The notes: a model not told the origin generated them from the sequence alone. Shown: positions 44,657 to 60,291, counted from the first letter of the stretch. The stretch is 64,000 bases of DNA from an uncultured bacterium (GCA_964541235.1 CAZIPI010000014.1:666-64665); one strand, 5' to 3'. Numbers and translations: made by a program.

Positions 44657-45775
44657 ATGCGCATGGTGAAGCTTCTGGTATCCTACGGAGACCTTCTCAA
44701 GGGCCTTAGCATTGTGGCCAATGCTCTGCCTCCAAAAACTAGTCTGCCGTCCCTGACCAACATTCTTCTCGAGACCCAGGGCGACCGGTTGAGCCTTGCC
44801 GCCACCGATCTCGACACCTCTGTGATCACATCGGTGCCGGCCACCATCAGCACCCAGGGATCGGTGGCCCTTCCAGGCAAGAAGCTTCTCGAGATCGTAA
44901 AGGAGCTTCCCGGCGGCGACATTCACATCGGCGGCTCCGGAAGCAGGATCACCATTTCCTGCGGCAACAGCAACTTCATCCTTGCGGGGAGCAGCAGGGA
45001 CAGCTTCCCGTCCCTTCCTTCCGCCAGCGAGGTTTCCTTCACCGAACTGCCCATAAAGGCGGTATCGGAAGCGGTGAGGAAAACCGCGTTCGCCGTGGCG
45101 TCCGACGACTACCGGCCCGCACTCAACGGCGCGCTCTGGAAAATGGGGCCCGAGGGGCTTGAGATGGTGGCCACCGACGGGCACCGCCTGGCCCGGATGC
45201 GCCTTTCAGAGCTTGTCTCCCAGAAGCCCATGGAGGCCATCGTGGCGCCCAAGGCATTGAACCTTCTGGGCCGGCTGGGCGAGGACGAGAACATCCTTCT
45301 CGGCTCCCAGGGCACGCAGATCTGCTTCAAATCAGGAGAGACGGCGGTGTTCAGCAGGATCATCGAGGGGCCCTATCCCCCCTACGAGAAGGTGATACCC
45401 GGGGAGAACCCGTTCCTGCTCACCGTGAACCGCGTTGACATCATAGCCAGCCTGAGAAGGATGAGGATCATTGCGAACCCTGCAACCCATCAGGTTCGTT
45501 TCACCCTCGAACAGGGGAGGATGATACTTCAGGCCGAGAACACCGATGCAGGCGAAGCCAGGGAGGAACTCCAGGCCCGTTTCGACTCCGACCCGCTGCA
45601 GATCGCGTTCAACGGAGACTTCCTGATGGAGATACTGAAGAACATGGACAGCGAATCGGTTGTCATGAAGATAAGGGATGGGGCCACCGCAGTTGTCATA
45701 GAAGAGCTGGAACAGGATTCCGGCATGGAGTACCTGGCTCTGCTGATGCCGGTGCGGCTGGCCACCCCGGCGTAG
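44657..45775 (+). CDS. dnaN: DNA polymerase III beta sliding clamp
   Basis: Three-domain length and family pattern (ATDGHRLA, LQAENTDAGEA). GGAGAG RBS before ATG 44657. Confidence 0.9.
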   Translation: MRMVKLLVSYGDLLKGLSIVANALPPKTSLPSLTNILLETQGDRLSLAATDLDTSVITSVPATISTQGSVALPGKKLLEIVKELPGGDIHIGGSGSRITISCGNSNFILAGSSRDSFPSLPSASEVSFTELPIKAVSEAVRKTAFAVASDDYRPALNGALWKMGPEGLEMVATDGHRLARMRLSELVSQKPMEAIVAPKALNLLGRLGEDENILLGSQGTQICFKSGETAVFSRIIEGPYPPYEKVIPGENPFLLTVNRVDIIASLRRMRIIANPATHQVRFTLEQGRMILQAENTDAGEAREELQARFDSDPLQIAFNGDFLMEILKNMDSESVVMKIRDGATAVVIEELEQDSGMEYLALLMPVRLATPA

Positions 45776-45792
45776 CGAAAGGTTCTCCGCTT

Positions 45793-50483
<4,691 letters not shown>

Positions 50484-50487
<4 letters not shown>

Positions 50488-53400
50488 CCAGCAAGGACGC
50501 TCTGAAGGCCAGGCTTGCAACATGGTTGTCGGTGCATGGCGAAGACAGGGCGCTGCCTCCCCCGGTATCGGTACCGGCTCTTCCCGCGGTGCGCCCGGAG
50601 GTCCTGAACGCCACTCCTGCCGCCGCCGCCGCGCTGGGAGGCCTTCCGCTGTTCAAGCCCTGGAGGAGGGCGCTGCCCGTGGCCGCGTCTCTGCTCACGG
50701 GCATGGAAGCAGGCTCCGGCGGCGCCATCTTCAAGAAGCTCCAGACCCTGAGATCCCCGCCGGCGTCCGCCGAGCTGGCCCTTGAGTGGTTTTCCGCAAT
50801 TCACCTCCTTCCCCACAACCTTTGGGACCTGGGGATGGAGGGGTTCTTTCAGCTCGCCGGGACACTGTCCGAGAACGGCGGTCCCTCCGACGAACCCGGT
50901 CTCGGGAGCGCTCTCGCAAGCTGGTACAGGGTTCTGAGAAGCTGCGGCGACGGCAACCTGGGCGAAGACGCCGCGTCCTTCTGCCTTGATCTTGCAGGTT
51001 TCTGGCCGGGCCACTTCGCATACCTCTGCGACAGGCTCTCCTCGGGTGGTGAAGAAGTTCATGAGGCACTGAAGAAAGCCGCGGCCTTCAAGAATGTTTC
51101 CGAGAACAACCGGGCCGTGCTTCTGGATTTCGCCGCCGACCTGGGCTGGCTCTACCGCGGTGACGAGTTCGCCCCCCTGTGGGAGATAGTGGCCAGAAGG
51201 GGAATGCCCATTTACAGAAGGATCGCCGAGGGCATGGCCCCCATGGGCTCCATCAGGTTCTACTGCGGCGCCATGAGAGCCCTTCAGAAGAAACGGGGCA
51301 TTGACGAGCTTCTCTCCGAGGAGAGGGTTCACAGGGCCATGGTCCTGTTCAGGACCGACGAGGTGGATGTGGTTGCATCCGTGCTGAAATCCAGCCCGGT
51401 AGCTTGCAGCTACCTTGACTCGCAGATGGAGATAGATCTGGCCATCGACCTCTTCTCGATACGCACCTCGGGGACCGAGAACCCTTCCTCCCTGGGGGAG
51501 GACTTCATAGAAATGGTGGACTCAGCCCAGAAAGGCATCACATACCAGGGGCTCGTCAAGTTCCTTTCCGTGATGCAGGGAAGGGTCGAGGGGGAACCCC
51601 TGGCATTCGTGAGCGGCTACCTGACCGACGCGGGTGAGAAGAGCTTCTACACCGCAGTGGACGCCATGAGGATGTACCGGATCACCGAGGTCGTCTTCTC
51701 GGTGGGAAGGACCGCTGACCGCCGCAGCCTCAGGACAGTGTTCCGGGCCCTTGACGGCGCGCCGTCGGGAAGAAGGGGGCTGGCACTGCTTGAAAGGGCC
51801 TTGTCCCGCAGGGGGAGCCACCTCCCGCACCTCGCCGCAGTTGCATCACTGCTGGTCAGGGCCGCCCCCGACGATGATGCCGCAGCATACCTGAACAGGG
51901 CCCGGGGCATGGCGGACGTGTTCTCACTGCTCACGCCCGTTGACAGGGGCAAGCTGTCGTCGGGGCTGGCTCCGGCATGGATGGAGAAGCTGCTGGACGC
52001 TGAACCGGAAGCCGAGAAGACGGTCATCCAGTTCCTCGGCAGGGTTGAGGACCCCTCCAGGAGGCTCAGGTTCCTTGACATGGTGGTGGCGCCGCTGATG
52101 CAGGAGGTCAGCGCCTCCGACCCGCTCTTCAGTGACTGCCTTGCCTTCGCGGTCACGGGCTACAATTCGGCGCCTGAGCAGGACAGGCTTCGTGAGGCCG
52201 AGAACCTGACCCTTCAGAGGGTTTTCAGGGCAGGGGGCAGGGTCGCCGCCCTGGATGTTCTGATGCAGGACTTCCTGGCAATGCCCGGATTGTCGAGGCA
52301 TCGCTCCGAAGAACTGCTTGCCGGGATAAGGGCCATCTGCGACAGGTTCAGCAGACAGGCCGTCTGGCAGGAGGGCTTCGACAGGATCTTCTCCAACTTC
52401 CTGGAAGAGGGCATTAGAAGGATACTGAACGCGTTCATGGAGGTGCCCGATTCACTGGATACCGTTGACAGCGGGTTCATAGCCCGGCTGGCGGACAGGC
52501 TGATGCCGGTGAGACATGCAGGCGCCAGCGTTTCCACTGGCGCCGGGCGTTCCGCGATGGCCTTCTTCACCCAGGTCCTTCCTGAAAGCGTGTTCTTCTA
52601 CCACAGGTGCCTGGATCAGCTGGCGGGCTTCCTCGAGAAGGCCATAGACATGGCCCAGAGAAGCATCGGGGGCATCCCGGCGGGCGAGGAGTTCCTCTCC
52701 CACCTGGCCGGCGAGATCCAGGAGAGCCGTGCACTCGAGTTCTCCACAAGCCTTGATGCGTGGCTCAGGGGCAACCCGGCCCCCACCGCCGAGACCGACA
52801 ATTTCAACCCCGAGGAGATACTGGGTTCGTGGTACGGGATCCATGAAGCCCGGGAAGTGCCGAGGAAACGGCTGGGCGGAGTCGCTGCACTGGTGACCTC
52901 ATCGCAGACCCGTCGGGAGGAACTGCTGAAGCTCTGCTCCGTGCTCAGCGCGGGTCTCGCTTCGACGGGGGTTCCGGGGGGGGATCAGCTTGATTTCCAT
53001 TGCGACAGACAGGCCCTGATGAAGCTGAAGGCAACCCTGGGCGATAGACGGGACCTGCTGGACCTCTTCATATCCATCAGAAGGGGCAGGGTGCAGCCTG
53101 GAGACGAAAAGGCGGTCGCCGAGCTTTCCATGGCTGCGGAGGATACCGGCGGCGATCCGGTCCACGCCTGGGCACTCAGGAACCTGCCGCCCCTACTCAA
53201 CTGCGCCCTGATGATGATGCTGGCGGAGCCCGCCGACCCTGAAAAGGCACTGGCCATTGCTGCCTCCATAGTGGAAGTGGTTGATTTCATGGGGTCCGAA
53301 GGCGCTTCGGAGCTTCTTCTGATGGTTGCCGGATGTCTTTCCGCCGCGGCGTTCCCCGGTCAGGCGCCGGACCTTCTTGAAAGGCAGCTCTTCGGACCGA

Positions 53401-54038
53401 TGTGGAAAACAAGGGCACTTGACCGTATCGAGCTCTTCCTGGCCGGCCGTTCACAGCGCAGGCGTCTTCTCGAGCTTCTTCTGGAAAGGCTCCGTCTTGA
53501 ATCCGGCACCCCCGAAAGGGTTTCTTTCATCAGGCGTTACGGAACCATGTTCATCTGCGTCTGGGGGTACGTTCTGGAGAAGCCGTTCCCGGACACCGAG
53601 AAGATCATGACCGAGGTGCTGTCCGGTTCCTGGGTTTTCACCGATGGAGGGAACCAGCCCCAGTACCCGGCGGCGCTCCAGGAGATCCACGACCTGGTGA
53701 GGGACGAGGTCAGGAAGCGCAAACACGCCTTCGGGGTGGTATCCATGGAGGAGGCCCGTGAGATCAGCGCCGACATGCGCAGGAAGTACAGGGACAACGC
53801 CGATTCGGTTGCGATCCTTCTGCGATGGACGGTTGACCCCGCAAGAGAGGACCTGCTAAGGCTTCTTGAAGAGAACGAGACCCTGCTCCAGGCCGTGAGC
53901 ACCGACCACGAGCTTCTTCACCTTCTGGACATGTTCGGCGGCAACAAGGAGATCATGGGAAGGGCCGCCGGACTCGCCGCCGACCCTGCGAAGCTCAAGA
54001 AGAGCCTCTCCGACTTCTCGAGGAGAAGAGATGACTGA
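50484..54038 (+). CDS. Large (1184 aa) hypothetical protein with no recognisable motif
   Basis: Uninterrupted ORF. ATG 50484 overlaps the gyrA stop (ATGA) and its own end overlaps the next start. Composition is rich in Leu, Ala, Arg and Glu, suggesting an all-alpha fold. Confidence 0.7.
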
Positions 54039-55005
54039 GAGGATCCTGGTGCTTTCCACGGGCGGCACAATAGAGATGGCGCCGGGTCAGAGGGGGCTGG
54101 TCATCGGCCCCGGGATGGAGTTCGACAGGCGCTCCGCGGGAATACCTGATACAGTCCAGCTGTTCAATGAGAGGATGTTCAGCCTTCCCAGCCCCCACAT
54201 GACCCCCGGGCGGATGCTGGAGCTGACAAGACGGCTTCTCGAGATCGAGGCTTCGGGAGACTACAGCGGTGTAGTGGTCACACACGGCACAGACACCCTT
54301 GAAGAGAGCGCCTTCCTCGCCGACCTTCATCTCGTGGGAACCACCCCTGTTGTTTTCACCGCCGCCATGAGGAGCCCCGGCGAACTCGGGGTGGACGGAC
54401 CCCGCAACCTCAGGGCGGCGATACTCACCGCAAATTCCGAAGTTCATGAATTGGGAGTTACGGTTGTCCTTGGCGATGAGATACATGCCGCAGGGCGCGT
54501 GACCAAGACCTGCACATCAAACACCAGCAGCTTCAACTCCCCGGGCTACGGCCCTCTGGGGTTCGTGGACGAAGACGGGGTCATCCTTCACAGGAAGCCG
54601 CTCTGGCGGCTTTCACTGCCCGGGGGGCCAGCCGTTCTTGACACCCGGGTCGGCCTTGTAAGGTGCGCAGCGGGGTTCGGAGGCGAACCGATAGATCTTC
54701 TGGCGGGCAGGGGATACAGAGGCATCGTGGTGGAGGCGTTCGGACGGGGCAACGTGGCTCCCGAGACCGCCGCGGCCATGAAGAACGCCATGGCGCAGGG
54801 TGTTGTCTGCGTCATCACCAGCCGCTGCTACGAGGGCAGGGTGCTTGGCGTTTACGCCTATGAGGGAGGATGTGTGGACCTCATGGAGGCCGGAGCCCTG
54901 ACAGCGGGGGATATGCAGGGGCACAAGATACGTCTTCTTCTCATGGCGTGCCTGGGACGCGGAATGGGCGCAGAAGAGATAGGGAATGTTCTGAAGCGCC
55001 TCTGA
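54031..55005 (+). CDS. ansA: Type I L-asparaginase
   Basis: VLSTGGTIEM (catalytic Thr motif) and THGTDTLEESAF. Confidence 0.85.
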   Translation: MTERILVLSTGGTIEMAPGQRGLVIGPGMEFDRRSAGIPDTVQLFNERMFSLPSPHMTPGRMLELTRRLLEIEASGDYSGVVVTHGTDTLEESAFLADLHLVGTTPVVFTAAMRSPGELGVDGPRNLRAAILTANSEVHELGVTVVLGDEIHAAGRVTKTCTSNTSSFNSPGYGPLGFVDEDGVILHRKPLWRLSLPGGPAVLDTRVGLVRCAAGFGGEPIDLLAGRGYRGIVVEAFGRGNVAPETAAAMKNAMAQGVVCVITSRCYEGRVLGVYAYEGGCVDLMEAGALTAGDMQGHKIRLLLMACLGRGMGAEEIGNVLKRL

Positions 55006-55069
55006 GGGATTGGCCTGAAGACGGCTCCGGGTTAGGTTACATGGTGCCGGGACCGTTCACGGAGGGAAG

Positions 55070-55417
55070 ATGGCAAGGAGCAATGAGGGTTTCACCATAG
55101 CCGTGATACCCCATTCCGCCCATGGCAGGAGACGGGAGCTTCGCGTTACCGGAGGCAGCGTACCCCTTTTTCATGCCGCGTTGGTGGTGGTGATCCTTGT
55201 GATAGCCGCATCGGTTTACATGTTCGCCTCCGGGGTGTTGACCCAGGGCAGGGTGGAGGCCCTGAACCGGCGTATCGCAGGCCTGCAGGACTCTCTGACC
55301 GCCGCCGCCGACCTGGGCACGCGATTGAGTGCGATTGAAGAACAGCTGGAGGAGATAAGAGCCGCCAGAAGGGTGATAGAGAACATTGCCACTCAGGGAG
55401 CCCCTTCGGTGGATTAG
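55070..55417 (+). CDS. Small single-TM coiled-coil protein
   Basis: One TM (LFHAALVVVILVIAASVYMF) followed by a heptad-like Leu/Ala/Glu region. It sits directly upstream of the bactofilin gene. Confidence 0.5.
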   Translation: MARSNEGFTIAVIPHSAHGRRRELRVTGGSVPLFHAALVVVILVIAASVYMFASGVLTQGRVEALNRRIAGLQDSLTAAADLGTRLSAIEEQLEEIRAARRVIENIATQGAPSVD

Positions 55418-55432
55418 GCGTAAGGAGACAAT

Positions 55433-55792
55433 GTGGGCAGAGAAGATACGGGAAATGCCATCAACTCCATCATCGGGGCCGGCAGTACATTCACCGGGGT
55501 TCTGAACGTACAGGGGGGCCTGAGGGTGGACGGTCTGGTGGATGGCGAAGTTGGCGTTTCAGCAACGCTGACCGTGGGGCACGAAGGAAGGATCAAGGGC
55601 GAGATAACGGTGGCCCAGGCGGTTATCGGCGGGACCATCAACGGCACCATTAGGGCCGAGAACCAGCTTGAGCTTCAGAACGGCTCCCGTGTCGAGGGCG
55701 ATATCTACACGCGGAGCCTGGTGATAGAGGAGGGTGTTTTCTTCCAGGGCCACTGCAGCATGAGCGGCAAGGACAGTCCGCAGAAGAGCTGA
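55433..55792 (+). CDS. Bactofilin (DUF583) cytoskeletal protein
   Basis: Repetitive beta-helix pattern: GAGSTFTGVLNVQGGLRVDGLVDGEV...IKGEITVAQAVIGGTINGTI...VEGDIYTRSLVIEEGVFFQG. Confidence 0.85.
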   Translation: MGREDTGNAINSIIGAGSTFTGVLNVQGGLRVDGLVDGEVGVSATLTVGHEGRIKGEITVAQAVIGGTINGTIRAENQLELQNGSRVEGDIYTRSLVIEEGVFFQGHCSMSGKDSPQKS

Positions 55793-55939
55793 ACCGTTGT
55801 TTGTGGAAAAATCCGCCTCATCGTTGATAACTATGTAACTCATTTGTGTGCATGATAATGCATCACTTTTCTAAAGCCGTTTGGAATATGATATCCACAA
55901 CTGCACTGTTGCCAGTGACCAGCGGAAGGGTGGATCCAG

Positions 55940-56254
55940 TTGAGCGAAAGCCTTGAGACGCTTCTCGCGGCGGAAGCCCGGGCGGCGGAGCTTTTGGAGA
56001 GGGCCGCCAGAGAGGCCCAGGGGGAAAGGGCTTCGATCCCCGAGGCACTGAGTGAGCTCGAGACCAGGTACGAGAGCGCCCTGGCGGCCGCAGAAGAGAG
56101 GGAGACCTCCGGGATCGTTCAGGAGGTAGGCACATACCATGAACAGCTGCGACAGATGAGGATGGCGCTGGAGGAGGAGCTTAAGGATAAGTCCAGGGAG
56201 CTGGATTCCGAGGCGTTCCGGCTTCTCAGGGCGAGAATGCTCAGGGGCGGTTGA
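55940..56254 (+). CDS. Small coiled-coil V-type ATPase stalk subunit (G/H-like, tentative)
   Basis: First ORF of the operon, with a TTG start. Rich in Ala, Glu and Arg and predicted helical. Confidence 0.45.
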   Translation: MSESLETLLAAEARAAELLERAAREAQGERASIPEALSELETRYESALAAAEERETSGIVQEVGTYHEQLRQMRMALEEELKDKSRELDSEAFRLLRARMLRGG

Positions 56255-56255
56255 G

Positions 56256-58238
56256 ATGGCCCTGGAGACCGTGGTCAAGACCGAGATACTCTGCCACAGG
56301 GCCCATCTGGACCAAGTGCTGAGGCTCCTTGAGAAGTCCGGCATGGTGCACCTGGCCGATGCGGACCCGGCGCTTTTTCAGGGCCTCTCCAGGATGGACA
56401 CCGGAAGCATCGAGGAGTTGCGTGAGCTGAGGGCAGAGCTGGAGAGGGCCATGCAGTTCCTGACCGGCTTCCAGCCCGGGAATGGCAGACCCGAGCTGGT
56501 GGTCACCCGCGAGGCCCTTGAGAAAGCCCTGGGCGACACATCAGCAAGAAGCGTCTCCAGGGAGGCATCGCTTCTCTCGGCGCAGTTCCAGGAAACAGAG
56601 CAGCAGATCCGCGAGATCAACGCCGGAAGGGCTCTGGCAGAGAAATGGGACTTCCTGCCCTGTCGTTTCGACATGGTTGGAAGGAAGGGCGATTTTGCGG
56701 TTTTCGCCGGCACCCTTCCCGGTTCAGCGGTGTTGGAGCCCCTTCTTCAAAATGAGTTCCCGCTCACCCGGCTGTTCGTTCACCCCGCAGACATGGTGAC
56801 GGCTGTATCCCACTCATCGGAAGCGAAGGCGTTCGGCGAGAGGATCGCCTCACTGGGTTACATTCCCGGTGATTTCGCCGGCCTGGCCGCCACCCCCGCC
56901 GAGGAGACGGCAAGGCTGGACGCGATGTTGGAAACAGCAGAGAAAAGGATGGCCGAATGCCGTGAACGGGCTGGCGAACTCTCCAGAAGGGTCCCGGAAC
57001 TCCGGATGATGTTCGACGCCGCCGGCCTTCTCATAACCAGACGGGAAGCAGCGTCCTCCGGTGTTTCCTCTGCGAGCGTTCTGGTCCTTCATGCCTGGAT
57101 GCGGAAAGCCGATGTTCCGGTGCTGAAGGCCGAGCTCGAGAAAGTGGCCGCAGCCGGAATAGAGATAGTGGAACCCCTGGAGGGCGAGACCCCGCCGGTG
57201 TTCCTAACCGAGCACGCCACCGTTGACCCCTACCTGCTCCTTACCGACATGTTCGGAAGACCGGCAGGCTCCGACCCCGACCCGACCCCCCTTTTCGCCC
57301 CCTTCTATGCGCTGTTCTTCGGCATCTGCATTGGCGACGCCGGCTACGGTGCGGCCCTGGTGCTTGGCAGCCTTCTGGGATGGTGGCTCACCGGGAAAAG
57401 GGGAGGGAACACCAGGCTTTTCAGGCTCATCTTCCAGGGGGGGCTTGCCAGCATCATTACCGGAGTGTTCCTGGGCGGATGGTTCGGAATGGAGTTCCAC
57501 TCCCTCCCGGGTTTTCTCCAGGAGCCGGCCATGCTCCTCAACGGCCTTGTTCCCGGGTACTCTCCGGGCAAGCCGGGTTTCTCCGTCTCCAACCAGTTCC
57601 TTTACCTGACACTGGGGCTGGGGCTTCTGCAGCTGTCCTGGGGAGTTCTCGTCAATCTTCCGAAAAGGCTTCGTCAGGGTGAGGGGTTCGCGGCGGTGCT
57701 GGAGCAGGGCGGATGGCTCCTTGCCATAGCCGGCCTGTTCCCCTGGCTTTTCAACCACTACCTTCTCAACGGAGCCCTTTACGACATCAGCGGCCCCGCT
57801 GACCGCTTCTTCCTTCTCATGCTTGCAGCCGGCGCTCTGCTGATCTTCGTCATGGGCGGCAGGTCCGCTGGAAGCATCGGGGGCAAGGTGGGGCTGGGAG
57901 CCTACGCCACATACGGGATCGTAAACCTTCTCGGTGATGTCCTGAGCTACTCCAGGCTTTTCGCGCTGGCCCTCTCAAGCGCCATCATTGCCCAGGTCAT
58001 AAACGAGATAGCGGGTATGCTGGCCGGAAGCATGGCCGGCATAGGGATCGTGCTCGCCATTGTGGTGCTTCTTGCCGGGCATGCGTTCAACCTGGCCATG
58101 GCGGTCCTTTCCGGCTTCATCCATACCGCCAGGCTCCAGTTCGTTGAGTTCTTCGGGAAGTTCTACGACGGCACGGGCGTTCCATTCTCGCCTCTCCGCT
58201 TCGAGCCGCGTTTCGTCCGTATCGGTGAATCGAGATGA
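56256..58238 (+). CDS. atpI: V-type ATP synthase subunit I (a-type stator)
   Basis: N-terminal soluble hairpin domain plus a C-terminal multi-TM domain with the conserved Arg region (LSYSRLFALAL). Confidence 0.85.
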   Translation: MALETVVKTEILCHRAHLDQVLRLLEKSGMVHLADADPALFQGLSRMDTGSIEELRELRAELERAMQFLTGFQPGNGRPELVVTREALEKALGDTSARSVSREASLLSAQFQETEQQIREINAGRALAEKWDFLPCRFDMVGRKGDFAVFAGTLPGSAVLEPLLQNEFPLTRLFVHPADMVTAVSHSSEAKAFGERIASLGYIPGDFAGLAATPAEETARLDAMLETAEKRMAECRERAGELSRRVPELRMMFDAAGLLITRREAASSGVSSASVLVLHAWMRKADVPVLKAELEKVAAAGIEIVEPLEGETPPVFLTEHATVDPYLLLTDMFGRPAGSDPDPTPLFAPFYALFFGICIGDAGYGAALVLGSLLGWWLTGKRGGNTRLFRLIFQGGLASIITGVFLGGWFGMEFHSLPGFLQEPAMLLNGLVPGYSPGKPGFSVSNQFLYLTLGLGLLQLSWGVLVNLPKRLRQGEGFAAVLEQGGWLLAIAGLFPWLFNHYLLNGALYDISGPADRFFLLMLAAGALLIFVMGGRSAGSIGGKVGLGAYATYGIVNLLGDVLSYSRLFALALSSAIIAQVINEIAGMLAGSMAGIGIVLAIVVLLAGHAFNLAMAVLSGFIHTARLQFVEFFGKFYDGTGVPFSPLRFEPRFVRIGESR

Positions 58239-58723
58239 TCGCTACCATTCCACAGGGAGGACAACAAGTGACAGTCTATCTCATCGCCTATCTCGGCGCC
58301 GGCATTGCCTGCGCCCTCGCGGGGATCGGCAGCTCCATCGGCGTGGGTATCGCGGCCCAGGCCAGCACCGGGGTCATGAGCGTTGACCCGAAGAAGTTCG
58401 GCAAGCTCCTTCTGCTCTCGGCCCTGCCGGGCACCCAGGGCATCTACGGGTTCGTGATTGCCTTCCTGCTCCTTCAGAAGATCGCTGGCTTCACGGCCCT
58501 CGAGGCATCCGACGCGTGGAAGGTGTTCGCGGCCGGCGTTCCGGTGGCCCTTGCAGGTCTTCTTTCCGGAATATTCCAGGGCAAGGTCTGCGCTTCAGGC
58601 GCCATGATGACCGCCAAACAGCCCGGCGAATCCGGAAAGGCACTGATCCTCGCGGTGTTCGTGGAGTTCTACGCCATCCTGGGCTTCCTCGTCAGCTTCC
58701 TCATGCTCGGGCAGATCGGTTGA
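58235..58723 (+). CDS. atpK: V-type ATP synthase proteolipid subunit K (duplicated 4-TM)
   Basis: LPGTQGIYGFVIAFLL, GIFQGKV, VFVEFYAILGF. An alternative start is GTG 58268, after GGGAGGA. Confidence 0.85.
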   Translation: MIATIPQGGQQVTVYLIAYLGAGIACALAGIGSSIGVGIAAQASTGVMSVDPKKFGKLLLLSALPGTQGIYGFVIAFLLLQKIAGFTALEASDAWKVFAAGVPVALAGLLSGIFQGKVCASGAMMTAKQPGESGKALILAVFVEFYAILGFLVSFLMLGQIG

Positions 58724-58728
58724 GCGGA

Positions 58729-59319
58729 ATGTCCCTCGAGACCATAAGACAGAAGATAATCCAGGATGCGGAAGCGGAAGGCGAGAGGATCCTCTCCCAG
58801 GCCAGGCACGAGAAGAAGGCCGCCCTTGAGGAGGCCAGGGCCAGGCTCACCGCCAGGGCCGAGAAGGACAAGGTCAGGCTTCTGGAAAGCCTGAAGCAGA
58901 GGAAGGCCCGGCTTCGTGAGCAAGCCCTCAGGGCGGAGGAGAGAAGTCTTCTGAACACGCGCAGAAGGCTGATAGACGAAGCTCTTCACAAGGCCGTTGC
59001 AAGCCTGGCATCCTCTCCTGATTACGCTTCCATAATCGAATCCCTCCTGGCCGGCTGCGATTTCACCGGGGAAGTTGAGGTGATCATCTCGGCCGCCGAT
59101 GCCGGGAGGATCAACCAGCAGTTCCTTGACAGGCACTCCTCAGACATGGTCAGGTTCCGTCTCTCCGATCAGCGTCACAATGCCAGGGGAGGGCTTATTC
59201 TCAGGTCCGGCAGAGTGAGCAGGAACGCCACGCTGGACATGATGGCCTCTCTGGTGCACGAAGAGATGGTGATGGAGCTATCCCGTATGCTTCCCCTGAA
59301 GAGGATGGAGAACCTGTGA
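58729..59319 (+). CDS. atpE: V-type ATP synthase subunit E
   Basis: MSLETIRQKIIQDAEAEGERILSQARHEKK is the typical subunit E N-terminal helix. ATG 58729 lies within the longer ORF 58516-59319. Confidence 0.8.
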   Translation: MSLETIRQKIIQDAEAEGERILSQARHEKKAALEEARARLTARAEKDKVRLLESLKQRKARLREQALRAEERSLLNTRRRLIDEALHKAVASLASSPDYASIIESLLAGCDFTGEVEVIISAADAGRINQQFLDRHSSDMVRFRLSDQRHNARGGLILRSGRVSRNATLDMMASLVHEEMVMELSRMLPLKRMENL

Positions 59320-60281
59320 GTTCGTCCTGGGAGTATGCGGCGGGCAGGATCAGCGCCCTTGAGGTCACTCTTCTCTCCCCCAGGCACTGGGGCCAGATAA
59401 TCGGCTCCGCCGGCGTGGAAGAACTTCTGAAGGTACTGGGCGAAACCTGGTACGGGCGCCTCATCCACGGAGACAGCCTTGAAGAAGCGCTCCCCGGAGC
59501 GCTTTCCGCGGCGGAGGACGAGCTCCTGGAGCTTGGTCCGGACCAAAGGCTGGCAAGGGCGATCCTTCTTCGCAGGGACGTGAGGAACGCCAGGTACACA
59601 TGGAAGGACATGGCCTCCGGAGGAGATGGAGCGGTTCCCCTGGAAAGGGACGGTACCCTCCCGGCGCAGCTCTTCGCCAGGGCCTGGAACGATCCGGCTT
59701 CAGCCGATGAGCTTCCCAAGGAATTCCGCGCCGCCATGGGCGGCATACAGGAGGTATCCCAGGGAGGGTCCCTCAGGGTTGACCTTCTGATGGACCAGCT
59801 GGCCGCTGATATTGAACGGGTTCACCTGGGGAGCCTTGATTCCGGGCTCGGATCGTTCGTGGCAGCCAGGCTCGAGTTGCGGAACTTCCTCACCGCCGGC
59901 AGGCTGGGGATCGAAGGTATCGCAGGCGGTCAGTTGGGGGGGTGGCTGTTCCCGGGGGGTTTGCACTCCATTGAGGAAGTGATGGAAGCATGCAGAAAGG
60001 GAAGGCTCCCCGATCTTCTGGCGGAGACCGCCGGATTCGAAACTGCGGCAGCGGCCCTGAAGGAAGGGCTGGAAGGCGGCTCATTCCTGGCTTTCCAAAG
60101 GGAGAGCGACAGAATTCTGCTTGAAACGGTCTCCAGTCTGGGGAAGCGGTCCGCTGGACCCGGGCTTCTGGCATCGTACGTGCTGGGTCGGGAGATGGAG
60201 ACTGTCCACCTGAACCTCGTGGCCGCCGCGAAAAGGGCGGAAATGAATACGGCGAAGCTGCAGATGCGGCTTCCCAGGTGA
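59316..60281 (+). CDS. atpC: V-type ATP synthase subunit C (d-type)
   Basis: Operon position, a size of about 320 aa, and a GTG start overlapping the atpE stop. Confidence 0.75.
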   Translation: MSSSWEYAAGRISALEVTLLSPRHWGQIIGSAGVEELLKVLGETWYGRLIHGDSLEEALPGALSAAEDELLELGPDQRLARAILLRRDVRNARYTWKDMASGGDGAVPLERDGTLPAQLFARAWNDPASADELPKEFRAAMGGIQEVSQGGSLRVDLLMDQLAADIERVHLGSLDSGLGSFVAARLELRNFLTAGRLGIEGIAGGQLGGWLFPGGLHSIEEVMEACRKGRLPDLLAETAGFETAAAALKEGLEGGSFLAFQRESDRILLETVSSLGKRSAGPGLLASYVLGREMETVHLNLVAAAKRAEMNTAKLQMRLPR

Positions 60282-60291
60282 AGGAGATTCG

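Noticed and set aside
55802-55810. DnaA-box-like TGTGGAAAA upstream of the V-ATPase operon
   Set aside because: It is a single isolated 9-mer with no cluster, so it is likely chance. It was not called as a regulatory site.
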